DNA of 64,000 bases from a virus (lineage: Duplodnaviria; Caudoviricetes): positions 1,458-65,457 of the IMG/VR virus record IMGVR_UViG_3300042868_003477; one strand, given 5' to 3'. Each line of letters opens with the position of its first letter. Position 1 is the stretch's first letter. The notes under the pieces are model-generated. The model saw only the letters and a program-made list of their open reading frames with translations. It ran no database searches and was not told where the DNA came from. Below, in pieces: positions 1 through 8,919 of this stretch. A program made the position numbers and the translations under genes.

Positions 1-99
1 ATAGTTAAATGTGATGGTTATGAAACTGTATTTACTCCAGAATGGGTAATAGAAGAACATGAAAAATTACAAGCATTATTTAAATTTGCAAGATTATGA
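1..99 (+). CDS. 3' end of a hypothetical protein (starts before the window)
   Basis: Open frame from base 1 (IVKCDGYETVFTPEWVIEEHEKLQALFKFARL*); TGA overlaps the next ATG (ATGA). Confidence 0.6.
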   Translation: MVKCDGYETVFTPEWVIEEHEKLQALFKFARL

Positions 100-386
100 C
101 AACTGAAGAAAAATTAGTATCTATAAAAAGATTAGAAGCTTTTGGTTTTAGAGCATGCGGTGCTAATCCTGATTCTTATTTGTATTATTATAAAGAGATT
201 GAGATTAACTGTAATTACATAAAGCAGAGCAAGTCTGATATATGGTATTTAGATATAATACTCTCATTTGAAACTAATTTACAAATGATGTTTACAGATA
301 TTTATCGTGAAGATGACATTGATCCAGAAGCTATTTTAAATAGTGTAAAGAAACTTGAAGCAGCTGTAGAATTTATTGAGCTATGA
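96..386 (+). CDS. hypothetical protein
   Basis: 96-aa ORF with ATGA coupling on both sides. Confidence 0.75.
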   Translation: MTTEEKLVSIKRLEAFGFRACGANPDSYLYYYKEIEINCNYIKQSKSDIWYLDIILSFETNLQMMFTDIYREDDIDPEAILNSVKKLEAAVEFIEL

Positions 387-793
387 CAAAGAAAGAGAAA
401 AATGATTTAGGTAAATTTTGTAAACAAATCTGTAATGATCATTATGAACTTCTAAAAGATACTGATGGTAATATGAGTTATACTTTTAACTTATATGCTA
501 ATGGTTCTTATAATGGTCAATACAAGAAATTTATGTTTTATGCTGAGTTAAAACTTAATAAAGTATTAGGTTTAATTACTGCTGAAGAAGTAGAAAATGC
601 ATATAATATGATTATGTCTTCAGATGAAGATAACTTTTATATAGCTTACCAAATTATAAAACACTTTTTTAAAGAAAGACATAAAAAGTTTGGAGCTATC
701 ATGGATTATAAAGGTTATGACTATGCTAGAAATAATTACACAGAAGAAATCTTAAATCCAGAAGACTTCTTAACTAAATTACTAAACCGATGA
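383..793 (+). CDS. hypothetical protein containing the 'MxxSSDxxNxxIA' module
   Basis: 136-aa coupled ORF; EEVENAYNMIMSSDEDNFYIAYQII resembles segments of ORFs 10834 and 14825. Confidence 0.75.
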   Translation: MTKKEKNDLGKFCKQICNDHYELLKDTDGNMSYTFNLYANGSYNGQYKKFMFYAELKLNKVLGLITAEEVENAYNMIMSSDEDNFYIAYQIIKHFFKERHKKFGAIMDYKGYDYARNNYTEEILNPEDFLTKLLNR

Positions 794-1041
794 CAGAACA
801 AGAATTAATAGAATTAGGCTTTGAAAAAGTATCTGTTACAGATGATGAAAGCCAGAATGGATATGATTACTACTACTACCATAAAGAACTTTGTGATAAT
901 GTAGTTTTACATAGTGTAGATAGTGCAGAAGTTAAAGATGATGACTGGTATTTAAGATGTTGGGAGATTCCGGCAATAAGAATACATAGTAAATTACATT
1001 ATGCTGATTTTCTTGAGGTATTAAATAACATAACTTGTTAA
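790..1041 (+). CDS. hypothetical protein
   Basis: 83-aa coupled ORF with a common phage N-terminus (MTEQELIELGFEK). Confidence 0.75.
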   Translation: MTEQELIELGFEKVSVTDDESQNGYDYYYYHKELCDNVVLHSVDSAEVKDDDWYLRCWEIPAIRIHSKLHYADFLEVLNNITC

Positions 1042-1042
1042 T

Positions 1043-1396
1043 ATGCTATCAATTAAACTAATAAAAAAAGATGGTAAGCTAGGTTATTTAGATGAGAAAT
1101 CTAGATTAGCTTATATGGTCTATGCTGATAAATTAGTAGAAGGTCAAGTAATAGAAATGTATTTAGATTTTGCAGACGCAGATCACAGTAAAGCACAACT
1201 TGCAAAAGTACATGCTTGTATAAGAGAGTTAGCCAAAGAGTCTGGCTATACTTTTGATGAAATGAAATTAGTAATAAAACAAGCTTCAGGGCTTGAAAAT
1301 AAATCTTTTGCTGACTGTAGTAAAGATGAATTAATGCTAGCTATTCAAGCTTGCATACAAATTGGTAAAGAAAATTATAATTTTAATCTAGGGTAG
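1043..1396 (+). CDS. NinB/Orf-like recombination accessory protein (putative)
   Basis: S-x-x-Q...IRELAKESGYTFDEMK...KSFADCSKDEL pattern resembles the NinB/YbcN family. Confidence 0.5.
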   Translation: MLSIKLIKKDGKLGYLDEKSRLAYMVYADKLVEGQVIEMYLDFADADHSKAQLAKVHACIRELAKESGYTFDEMKLVIKQASGLENKSFADCSKDELMLAIQACIQIGKENYNFNLG

Positions 1397-1694
1397 GAGC
1401 AACATATCCTTCATCTCCTGGTTGAAGAATTTCTTTTTCTTGAAATAGATTATTACTTTTGGCTTCTTTTTCAATTTCAGCTAATAAAAGTCCAATAGTA
1501 TAGAAAGATCTTTGACCTTCATCAAGATCTTTATATTCTTTAGTCATAACTTCTTTTAGATACTGTTCTTTATCTGTACTATCAATTGTTTTAAACAAAT
1601 GTAATAATACAGCTTTAGTCATTAGATAATATGACTTATTTACTTTGATGTCTATGATAGCATCATCTTTTAGTTCTTTTACTGTAATTGGCAT
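1383..1694 (-). CDS. hypothetical protein, lone minus-strand gene in the replication arm
   Basis: 103-aa ATG ORF filling the gap between + strand genes; protein-like composition; upstream TAnnTTTG element. Confidence 0.75.
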   Translation of the reverse strand: MPITVKELKDDAIIDIKVNKSYYLMTKAVLLHLFKTIDSTDKEQYLKEVMTKEYKDLDEGQRSFYTIGLLLAEIEKEAKSNNLFQEKEILQPGDEGYVAPTLD

Positions 1695-1710
1695 TGTTAT
1701 TAATTTTTAA

Positions 1711-1718
1711 CAAAAATA
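1711..1718 (-). promoter_or_regulatory. Bacteroidetes sigma-70 -7 element (TATTTTTG) for the minus-strand gene
   Basis: Reverse complement of caaaaata matches TAnnTTTG, 16 nt upstream of the ATG at 1694; no well-spaced -33 element. Confidence 0.4.
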
Positions 1719-1726
1719 GAAAAAAT

Positions 1727-1966
1727 ATGAATCAAAAAATAGATCTTGAAGAGATTAAACAAAAATTGTTTACTATTTTAGAAGCTTCTGGTTGGAGTGC
1801 AATTCTTAAACCTTTTATATTTAGCGGAGACTTTGATAATATCTTAATAGAATTAGTAAAGCTATCTAATGAAGGTAAAAGATTTACTCCACCTTTAAAA
1901 CAAGTCTTTAGAGCATTTCAAGAATGTCCTTATGATGAACTTAAAGTAGTTGTAATGGGTCAGGAT
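1727..1966 (+). CDS. ung: uracil-DNA glycosylase (family 1), exon 1
   Basis: ATG at 1727; ...VFRAFQECPYDELKVVVMGQD ends inside the catalytic GQDPY motif; joins in frame to exon 2 (spliced product 237 aa). Confidence 0.92.
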
Positions 1967-1977
1967 TAAAAATAAAT

Positions 1978-2008
1978 TTTGATTATTAAAAAATAAGTTA
2001 TACCTTAG
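1978..2008 (+). promoter_or_regulatory. intron-internal Bacteroidetes-type promoter for the endonuclease
   Basis: TTTG (1978-1981), 19-nt spacer, TACCTTAG (2001-2008; one mismatch to TAnnTTTG), upstream of ATG 2027. Confidence 0.5.
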
Positions 2009-2026
2009 ACCATAAATACATGGTAT

Positions 2027-2605
2027 ATGGAACCTAGAAAAGCACCTTTAAGAAATTATAATTCAAAAAATAACACAAGACAATGTAAAAAATGTAATAA
2101 CTGGTTAGATTTATCTTTATTTAGTAGTAGAATTAGAATACCTAGTCCTTCTACAAAAGATGAATCTAAAAAAGTACCTACATTATATTACAGATCAGAA
2201 TGTAAAAAATGTTCTTTATTAACTATAAATATTGAAAAGTATTGTAGTCCTGAAAAAAAGAAAAGTTTACATAGAAAAGATCCAAGAACAATAATGTTAC
2301 AACATGCTAGAAAAAGAGCTTTAAAAAAAGGTTTAGCATTTAATATAGATAAATCTGATATAATAATACCAGATCTTTGTCCATTATTAAATATTCCATT
2401 GTTTGTTAATAATCAACATGTTGGTCCAAATAGTCCATCAATTGATAGAATTATATGTGAAAAAGGTTATGTAAAGGGTAATGTAATGGTAATTTCTGCA
2501 AAAGCTAATACAGCTAAGGGAAATTTATCATTTGAGGAATTAAACTTATTAATTAATAATTTAAAAAGGGTCCTGAATAAAGAGGAAGAATTGCTGGAAA
2601 GCTAA
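2027..2605 (+). CDS. intron-encoded His-Me finger (HNH-like) homing endonuclease with N-terminal Zn finger
   Basis: CKKC...ECKKC; CPLLNIPL...PSIDRI..KGYVKGNVMVISAKANTAK; 3' end overlaps the IGS and intron core. Confidence 0.85.
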   Translation: MEPRKAPLRNYNSKNNTRQCKKCNNWLDLSLFSSRIRIPSPSTKDESKKVPTLYYRSECKKCSLLTINIEKYCSPEKKKSLHRKDPRTIMLQHARKRALKKGLAFNIDKSDIIIPDLCPLLNIPLFVNNQHVGPNSPSIDRIICEKGYVKGNVMVISAKANTAKGNLSFEELNLLINNLKRVLNKEEELLES

Positions 2606-2765
2606 GTCAGAAATGATATGTCAATCAGCAGCCGAGCCTTGGGGAAGATCAAGGAAGGTTCAGAGACTAGGGACACTAAGGTGAGCCCAGAGCATCCTCC
2701 GCTTATAATAAAAATAAGTGATGATATAGTCCGATCCTCATGGAAACATGAGAAAATGTGGGTAG

Positions 2766-3239
2766 CCTTACCCTCAAATTAATGTAGCAGATGGTATTGC
2801 TTTTAGTTGTGGTAATACAAAAGAACTACAGCCTAGTCTAAGTTATATGCTTGAAGAAATAAACAGAACAGTCTATAGTGGACATCCTGGAAGTTTAGAT
2901 CCAGATCTAACTAGATGGTCTAATCAAGGTATACTTTTGCTTAATACAGCTTTAACTACTGAAGTAGGAAAAGTAGGTCAGCATTATGATATCTGGAAAC
3001 CGTTTTTAGCATATTTATTAGATCATCTAAATTGCAAACAATCAGGTCTTGTGTATATTTATATGGGAAAACAAGCTCAAGAATGGGCTGATTCAACAAA
3101 TGAAAATAATTTTAAGTTTATGATTAGTCATCCAGCAAGTGCTGCTTATAGAAAAGAAGCAAGATGGAATTCTGATAATGTATTTGTAAAAACTAAAGAA
3201 GTAGTAGATAAACAGTTTAATTATTCAATACATTGGTAA
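2766..3239 (+). CDS. ung: uracil-DNA glycosylase, exon 2
   Basis: PYPQINVADGIAFSC...LQPSL...WSNQGILLLNTALT...SHPASAAY motifs; in frame with the ORF track's 2847-3239. Confidence 0.92.
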   Translation, partial: PYPQINVADGIAFSCGNTKELQPSLSYMLEEINRTVYSGHPGSLDPDLTRWSNQGILLLNTALTTEVGKVGQHYDIWKPFLAYLLDHLNCKQSGLVYIYMGKQAQEWADSTNENNFKFMISHPASAAYRKEARWNSDNVFVKTKEVVDKQFNYSIHW

Positions 3240-3830
3240 ATGACAGAAATATTTAATAAACTTACAGAAGCAGATTTAACTCCAAATACATACTATGTAT
3301 TACATTGTATTAAGGAGAAACTAATTCCGGCTCCTTTTGTAAATAAAGAGCTTGAATGTAAAAGATTACAAACAGGTGGTTGGTTAAAAGATAACTTGCA
3401 ACTTACTACAAAAAGTTTTATCTTTATACAAGAAATCAACAGTTTCTTTAAGAAAACCAAGCCTAAAACAGCAACAGATTTAATGGGTCAAAACTTTAGT
3501 GATAAAATACAGGAGTATGTAGAAATATTTCCTAATAGGAAACTACCCTCTGGAAAATATGCAAGAGTTAATCCAAAAAATCTTGAACCTGGTTTTAAAT
3601 GGTTTTTTGAAATTTATGATTATGACTGGGATACTATCATAGCAGCTACTGAAAAGTATGTTGATGAGTTTAGTATTGCAAACTATAAATACATGAGAAA
3701 TTCACAATATTTTATTAGAAAACAGAACATTGATAAGTCAATTGAGTCTGATTTAGCTACATACTGTGAATTACTTAAATCAAATCCTGATGGGGAAGGA
3801 ATGTCTTATTTTAAAGAAAGAGTAGTATGA
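3240..3830 (+). CDS. putative replication initiator / helicase-loader-like protein
   Basis: 196-aa ORF just upstream of DnaB; helical C-terminal region (IIAATEKYV...YMRNSQYFI) of the type seen in phage replisome organisers; function inferred from context. Confidence 0.45.
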   Translation: MTEIFNKLTEADLTPNTYYVLHCIKEKLIPAPFVNKELECKRLQTGGWLKDNLQLTTKSFIFIQEINSFFKKTKPKTATDLMGQNFSDKIQEYVEIFPNRKLPSGKYARVNPKNLEPGFKWFFEIYDYDWDTIIAATEKYVDEFSIANYKYMRNSQYFIRKQNIDKSIESDLATYCELLKSNPDGEGMSYFKERVV

Positions 3831-4000
3831 AAGGATTGTTAATGATAATTGCCATAATTGGTAGTTTATTCGGGTATACAGTAGTGGATATGTTCATTAT
3901 AGAAATGCCTATTGGTAAATTTTTACTAATTGAATTGATAATTAGTCTTTTGCATTTGTTGTATAACCATGCAAAAAGTAAAATAATTTTAAATCTATAA
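3827..4000 (+). CDS. small membrane protein (57 aa, two hydrophobic segments)
   Basis: Not in the ORF track. MKGLLMIIAIIGSLFGYTVVDMFIIEMPIGKFLLIELIISLLHLLYNHAKSKIILNL*; ATGA-coupled upstream, ends 3 nt before dnaB. Confidence 0.7.
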   Translation: MKGLLMIIAIIGSLFGYTVVDMFIIEMPIGKFLLIELIISLLHLLYNHAKSKIILNL

Positions 4001-4003
4001 CAA

Positions 4004-5005
4004 ATGTCAGAATTATTTAATGGTGCCAGACCTTTATTACCTGTAAGTGAGAGAGATGCTTTAAGAAAAGCAATTCTAAAAATAAAAGCAAGAAGACAAG
4101 GAGAACTAAAGGCATTAGTCAGTGGATGGCCCAAATTTAATGATGCTTTTTGTGACGGATTAGAATGGAGAACTATCACCATAGTAGGTGCTAGACCGGG
4201 AACTGGTAAAACTTTATTCATGGAACAGTTGATTAGTGATATTATAGATCACAATCCTGAACAAGAATTTAGAATACTTAAGTTTCAGATGGAAATGGTT
4301 GATGAAACCAGCGGGGTAAGAAAATTAAGTCTGAATACAAGTTCTGATTACAATACATTAATGAGCAAGGGTGGAAATCTTGTTGACAAGGGTATTTATG
4401 ACAAGTGTGTGGATTACTATAATAAATCATCTAACAATGATTTTATTAATGTAGTTTATGATGCCTGTACAGTAGATGAAATGTGTGCCACAATCCATTA
4501 TGAAATGGAAAGATACAAAAAAGAAGATGGCACTTACACTAATATACTTGTAGGTATTGATCACTCAGCTCTGTTTAGAGTAGGTAGAGGACAAAAGGAT
4601 AAATTTGAGATGCTTAATGCTTTAGGTGAAGCTCTCACTATGATGAAAAAGAAATATCCTGTAGCTTTTATAGTGCTAAGCCAACTAAACAGAAACATAG
4701 ATGCTCCTGATAGACAAAGAGATGGAGAGTATGGAAATTATGTATTAGATTCTGATATATATGGGTCTGATGCTTTATTGCAACATGCTGATGTAGTTAT
4801 GGGTATTAATAAACCTTCTATTAGAAAGATTAGACAGTATGGACCAGAAAGATTTTTAATAAATGATGAAGATATTTTAGTATTTCACTTTTTAAAATCT
4901 AGAAATGGTACCACAAGGATAAGTTTCTTTAAACTTGATAGAACAACTATGAGGATTGTTGAAATAGACACACCAGCTCAAGCAACAAAAAAAATATCAA
5001 TTTAA
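4004..5005 (+). CDS. dnaB: DnaB-like replicative helicase (SF4 motor domain)
   Basis: Walker A GARPGTGKT, IDH, LSQLNR, SDALLQHADVV, KSRNG. Confidence 0.93.
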   Translation: MSELFNGARPLLPVSERDALRKAILKIKARRQGELKALVSGWPKFNDAFCDGLEWRTITIVGARPGTGKTLFMEQLISDIIDHNPEQEFRILKFQMEMVDETSGVRKLSLNTSSDYNTLMSKGGNLVDKGIYDKCVDYYNKSSNNDFINVVYDACTVDEMCATIHYEMERYKKEDGTYTNILVGIDHSALFRVGRGQKDKFEMLNALGEALTMMKKKYPVAFIVLSQLNRNIDAPDRQRDGEYGNYVLDSDIYGSDALLQHADVVMGINKPSIRKIRQYGPERFLINDEDILVFHFLKSRNGTTRISFFKLDRTTMRIVEIDTPAQATKKISI

Positions 5006-5014
5006 AGTAAAAAC

Positions 5015-5701
5015 ATGAACCTTAGAAAAGAAAAAGAAAAGGAGTTTTTCATGCATCAAATGCCTACATTTTTAAAATTAGGTATAGCAGATCCACTCTT
5101 TATTATTAAGACTGCTTTTTTCCAGAAAGGAAAATATGGTAGACAAGTTCAATTTTTTGAGTCTGAAATTGGTAAAGGAGAAGATATTTATCTTGAATTC
5201 TATGACAATGTAAATGATCAGTTAGGTAAACTAGTTGATATTAAACCATTTACAGAGGACAGACAATTATTTAAGTATAAGTATAATCCTTTTTACAATG
5301 AAGAATTAGAAACAAAAGAAGGAACTACAAGTAAAGGTGAGCCTTATACATTGTATACGGTTCCTGTATCAGAGTTAACTGCTATCTTACCTAATGGTAG
5401 TGAAGTTACCTATGCTGCTTATGAAAAAATGAAAGAGAATTCTCAACTAGAGATTCCAAAAGAACAGAGCTCATTATTTCCTGACTTTGAAAGACAGTAT
5501 CCAAAAACATTAGAAGATTCTGTACCTAGTTTTAAAGTAAGTGAAACTATAGCTCCTGTTAAACATGTAAGTGCAGATCCTATGGATACTACACTTAATG
5601 ACATTACTCTTAGAGATTTAGCAGCAATGTTATTCTTAACTCCTATTAGTAAAAATGCTGAGTTAAATGAATTAATAATCAAAGCAAAATCTAACTTATG
5701 A
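5015..5701 (+). CDS. hypothetical protein in the replication cluster
   Basis: 228-aa ORF; contains QSSLF (clamp-motif-like). Confidence 0.75.
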   Translation: MNLRKEKEKEFFMHQMPTFLKLGIADPLFIIKTAFFQKGKYGRQVQFFESEIGKGEDIYLEFYDNVNDQLGKLVDIKPFTEDRQLFKYKYNPFYNEELETKEGTTSKGEPYTLYTVPVSELTAILPNGSEVTYAAYEKMKENSQLEIPKEQSSLFPDFERQYPKTLEDSVPSFKVSETIAPVKHVSADPMDTTLNDITLRDLAAMLFLTPISKNAELNELIIKAKSNL

Positions 5702-6423
5702 GTTTTGTACTTCCAACAACAAAAATAAAAGCAGAATTGGTAAATCCCAAGAGAATTGTGATTTATTCCAAACCAAAGACTGGTAAAACATCAGCTTATG
5801 CTGGTCTTGATGATAATCTAATTATAGATTTAGAAAATGGTACTGATTATGTAGATGCTATGAAGATAAAAGTTAGTTCTTTACAAGAATTACTTGATGC
5901 TGGTAAAGCTATTAAAGCTGCTGGTAAACCTTACAAGTATGTAACTATTGATACCGTAACAGCATTAGAAGATATGATTATGCCACTTGCAGTAAAACTT
6001 TACAAAGCTACAAGCATGGGTAAAAACTTTGATGGTGATAATGTAACTACTCTAGCTAATGGTGCTGGATATTTATATATCCGTCAAGCATTTTTTCAGG
6101 TATTAGATTTTATTGATACTTTAGCACCCACAATTATTTTATCAGGTCATATTAAAGACAAAGTGGTAGATGATAAAGGTGAAATGGTTATGGCAGCAAA
6201 CATTGATTTGACTGGCAAAATTAAATCTCTTATCTGTGCTCAAGCTGATGCAATTGGCTACATGTATAGAAAAGGTAATAAAACTATTTTGAGTTTCAAA
6301 ACTACAGATGAGGTCACTTGCGGTGCAAGACCTGTACATCTTAGAAATGAAGAAGTAGTAGTAAGTGAAATGGTTGATGGAGTCCTTGCAGTAAACTGGG
6401 ACAAAGTTTTTGTAAACAATTAA
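5698..6423 (+). CDS. Sak4/AAA_24-like P-loop ATPase (recombination)
   Basis: YSKPKTGKT, IIDLENG, VTIDTVT, ILSGH, ADAIGYM. Confidence 0.8.
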   Translation: MSFVLPTTKIKAELVNPKRIVIYSKPKTGKTSAYAGLDDNLIIDLENGTDYVDAMKIKVSSLQELLDAGKAIKAAGKPYKYVTIDTVTALEDMIMPLAVKLYKATSMGKNFDGDNVTTLANGAGYLYIRQAFFQVLDFIDTLAPTIILSGHIKDKVVDDKGEMVMAANIDLTGKIKSLICAQADAIGYMYRKGNKTILSFKTTDEVTCGARPVHLRNEEVVVSEMVDGVLAVNWDKVFVNN

Positions 6424-6435
6424 AAATAAAATAAA

Positions 6436-7113
6436 ATGTCATTAAGTACAAAAGATTTAGCAACTGGTAATGGATTACCAAAAACAATTTCTCCAGGAAA
6501 TATTAAATTAAAAATCAATAGCTTAGAGCTTGAGGATTTTTCTTTCATTCCTGGTGCAATGCACTTACTATTACATACTGAAACAGAACCAATTGAAGGT
6601 TTTGATGGATTTATGATTGATAAAGATGATGCAAGCAAAGGTAATTATGCTGGTCAAATTGGTAAAGTAAAAGCAAGTCAATATGCTTATGCAGATGGTG
6701 AAACTAAATCTGGCATTAAAATTCAAAGAGATAAATCTTTATTGATTTTCTTGAAAACATTATCTAGTAACTTAGGAATCAGTGAATGGTTTGAAGGACA
6801 AGATGGTAAACATGAGACAATTGAAGATTTTGTTGCTGCTTTTAACAAGACAGCTCCATTTAAAGATATCTATCTTGAATTTTGTATTGCAGGTAAAGAA
6901 TATGTTGGTAAAACAGGTTATACAAACTATGACATGTATTTACCTAAAGCTGACAAAGGTAAGTATGCTTTTGGAAAAGATTCTTCTAAAGTTATTACTT
7001 ATGTTGAAGCATTACATGTAAAAAAGACAGAAGTAAAAGAAGTTAAAAACTTTGGTGATGATGATGATTTATCTGTACCAGGTAAAACTTCTACTGATTT
7101 TAGCTTAGACTAA
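6436..7113 (+). CDS. putative single-stranded DNA-binding protein
   Basis: Follows the Sak4-like gene; beta-rich body with acidic tail (GDDDDL...DFSLD); followed by a terminator. Confidence 0.55.
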   Translation: MSLSTKDLATGNGLPKTISPGNIKLKINSLELEDFSFIPGAMHLLLHTETEPIEGFDGFMIDKDDASKGNYAGQIGKVKASQYAYADGETKSGIKIQRDKSLLIFLKTLSSNLGISEWFEGQDGKHETIEDFVAAFNKTAPFKDIYLEFCIAGKEYVGKTGYTNYDMYLPKADKGKYAFGKDSSKVITYVEALHVKKTEVKEVKNFGDDDDLSVPGKTSTDFSLD

Positions 7114-7125
7114 TATTTATAGTCC

Positions 7126-7159
7126 AAGGGAGTCAGATATCATGTCTGACTCCTTTTTT
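7126..7159 (+). terminator. intrinsic terminator
   Basis: GGAGTCAGATA-tca-TGTCTGACTCC stem followed by a T run. Confidence 0.8.
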
Positions 7160-7171
7160 AATTCTAAGATT

Positions 7172-8152
7172 ATGATTTCAACTAAAAACATAGTTAATGA
7201 TTTAAACTGTATACCTAGAGAATGGGTGTTTGAATATTATCTGAATCTAAAAGAAAGACTATCTGGTCAAAATATTAAGATGTTGTCAGCATTTAATTCT
7301 AGTGATAAAGCACCATCAATGTTTATATATTATGATGCTGTAGCAAAATATTATAAGTTTAAAGACTTCTCATCAGGTTATAGTGGAGATCAAATTAGGT
7401 TAGTAGAACTCATGTTTAATTTATCTAGATCTCATGCTGTAGTTAAAGTTATGAAAGATTATGAGGACTATGTAAACTTAAATGGTAATGTTAAACTACC
7501 TGAGTTTAAAATACATGATAAGTATAAAGTTACTGATTTTGAAATGAGAACTTGGAACACTCTAGATGAAAAATACTGGTTTAGTTATAAAATTGGTTCT
7601 AAAATTCTAGAGAAATATAATGTAGTACCACTTAAGTTTTTTACTATGTCTAAAGAAGATTTAGATGGTAGTATAGCTTCATTTACTTTTAATAATCCAT
7701 ATACTTATGGTTACTTCAGAAATGATGGTAGTTTATATAAAATATATACACCAAAAAATACTGAAAAAAAGTTTATTAAAGTTGAGAATTACATTCAAGG
7801 TTTAGAACAGTTAAATTATGATTGCAAGTATCTGATGATTACATCTTCTCTTAAGGATCTAATGAGTTTTGTTAAGCTATCTATTAGTAATATTGAATGT
7901 ATTGCTCCAGACAGTGAAAACACTATGATTACTTCTGCAGTATTGAAAGACTTAAAAGCAAAATATGCTAAGATTATTTTATTATTTGATAATGATGATC
8001 CAGGTATTAATGCTGCTAAGAAATACAAAGACTTGTATGACTTTAATTATGTAGTTCTACCTTTAGAGAAAGATCTTTCTGATTCAGTTAAAATGCATGG
8101 TATAGATAAAGTTAGAGAAGTATTATTTCCATTATTAAAACAAACATTATGA
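7172..8152 (+). CDS. dnaG: DnaG-type (TOPRIM) primase
   Basis: FKDFSSG, ITSSLKD, APDSE, LFDNDDPG, EKDLSD. Start moved to ATG 7172 because ATG 7142 lies within the terminator stem. Confidence 0.85.
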   Translation: MISTKNIVNDLNCIPREWVFEYYLNLKERLSGQNIKMLSAFNSSDKAPSMFIYYDAVAKYYKFKDFSSGYSGDQIRLVELMFNLSRSHAVVKVMKDYEDYVNLNGNVKLPEFKIHDKYKVTDFEMRTWNTLDEKYWFSYKIGSKILEKYNVVPLKFFTMSKEDLDGSIASFTFNNPYTYGYFRNDGSLYKIYTPKNTEKKFIKVENYIQGLEQLNYDCKYLMITSSLKDLMSFVKLSISNIECIAPDSENTMITSAVLKDLKAKYAKIILLFDNDDPGINAAKKYKDLYDFNYVVLPLEKDLSDSVKMHGIDKVREVLFPLLKQTL

Positions 8153-8304
8153 AAAATCCTATGTATGATTATGTTTTTAGACATAGAATAACAAAAGCAA
8201 GATTAAGTTTTGAAAGTAGATCTATAGAAGAAGCAACAATAATACTTGCAAGAATGGTAAATAGTGTTGCAGATTGGGACATGAAAAGATATAGACACAA
8301 ATGA
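8149..8304 (+). CDS. small hypothetical protein (51 aa)
   Basis: Not in the ORF track; ATGA-coupled to the primase stop and to the next start; MKNPMYDYVFRHRITKARL... Confidence 0.6.
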   Translation: MKNPMYDYVFRHRITKARLSFESRSIEEATIILARMVNSVADWDMKRYRHK

Positions 8305-8726
8305 GTTGGATATATCAAGGTAAAGAGTTTAATGAATTGTGTATACCAGGACACGGTATTGGGTTTATCTACATTATGACTGCTATTATAGAAGGGAAAT
8401 CTGTTGCCTATATTGGTAAGAAGAATTTCTTTAGTAATAAAAAGAAACCTATGGGTAAGAAAGCTTTAGCATTAACTACAGATAAAAGACTGAAGAAATA
8501 TACTAGAGAATTAAAACCTGACTTCATGAACTATTACAGTAGTAATAAGATTCTAAAGGAAGCTCACAAAGCTAATATTGTAATTAAAAGGGAAATCCTA
8601 ATGATTTGTTATTCTGCAATGGAATTAACTTATCAAGAGGTAAAGCACCAGTTTAAATATGAAGTGCTTGAGAAAGAAGAGTATCTAAATGGAAATATAC
8701 TTGGCCGCTTCTTTAAAATAAAATAA
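8301..8726 (+). CDS. free-standing Seg-like GIY-YIG nuclease
   Basis: GFIY...YIGKK, YYSS, REIL, conserved E and YLNGNI. Confidence 0.7.
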   Translation: MSWIYQGKEFNELCIPGHGIGFIYIMTAIIEGKSVAYIGKKNFFSNKKKPMGKKALALTTDKRLKKYTRELKPDFMNYYSSNKILKEAHKANIVIKREILMICYSAMELTYQEVKHQFKYEVLEKEEYLNGNILGRFFKIK

Positions 8727-8727
8727 T

Positions 8728-8919
8728 ATGAGTAATGACAGACATATCTGGGAAGGTTGGACTGTAAATGATTTTATCAATGAGTTGGAAATAACATTTC
8801 CGTACCAAAATTTTAAGACAAAGGATGATGTTAAACAATGGTGTAAGTCTGAACAACCTTACTACAAAAAACACATTCCTGAAGTAGCAAAATATTTTAT
8901 TCAAAAAGCAAAATTATGA
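8728..8919 (+). CDS. hypothetical protein
   Basis: 63-aa ORF in the coupled run. Confidence 0.65.
   Translation: MSNDRHIWEGWTVNDFINELEITFPYQNFKTKDDVKQWCKSEQPYYKKHIPEVAKYFIQKAKL

Larger units (their letters stand above)
1967..2765 (+). mobile_element. group I intron (IA-like) in ung, with homing endonuclease in the P1 loop
   Basis: 5' exon ends in U, intron ends in G. IGS GTCCTGA (2570-2576) pairs with exon TCAGGAT via G-U. P AATTGCTGGAAA 2589, Q AATCAGCAG 2623, R GTTCAGAGACTA 2658, S GATATAGTCC 2723, P9 CTCATG-GAAA-CATGAG 2737-2752. Removal restores GQD|PYPQ. Confidence 0.93.

Noticed and set aside
1688-3239. ung as a pseudogene or two separate genes (track ORFs 1688-1969 and 2847-3239)
   Set aside because: A complete group I core and correct splice junctions restore one continuous reading frame.
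3811-4221. 136-aa minus-strand ORF
   Set aside because: Antisense shadow of dnaB and the small membrane gene; no recognisable motifs.
7142-7171. Primase start at 7142
   Set aside because: That ATG lies inside the terminator hairpin; ATG 7172 is more plausible.
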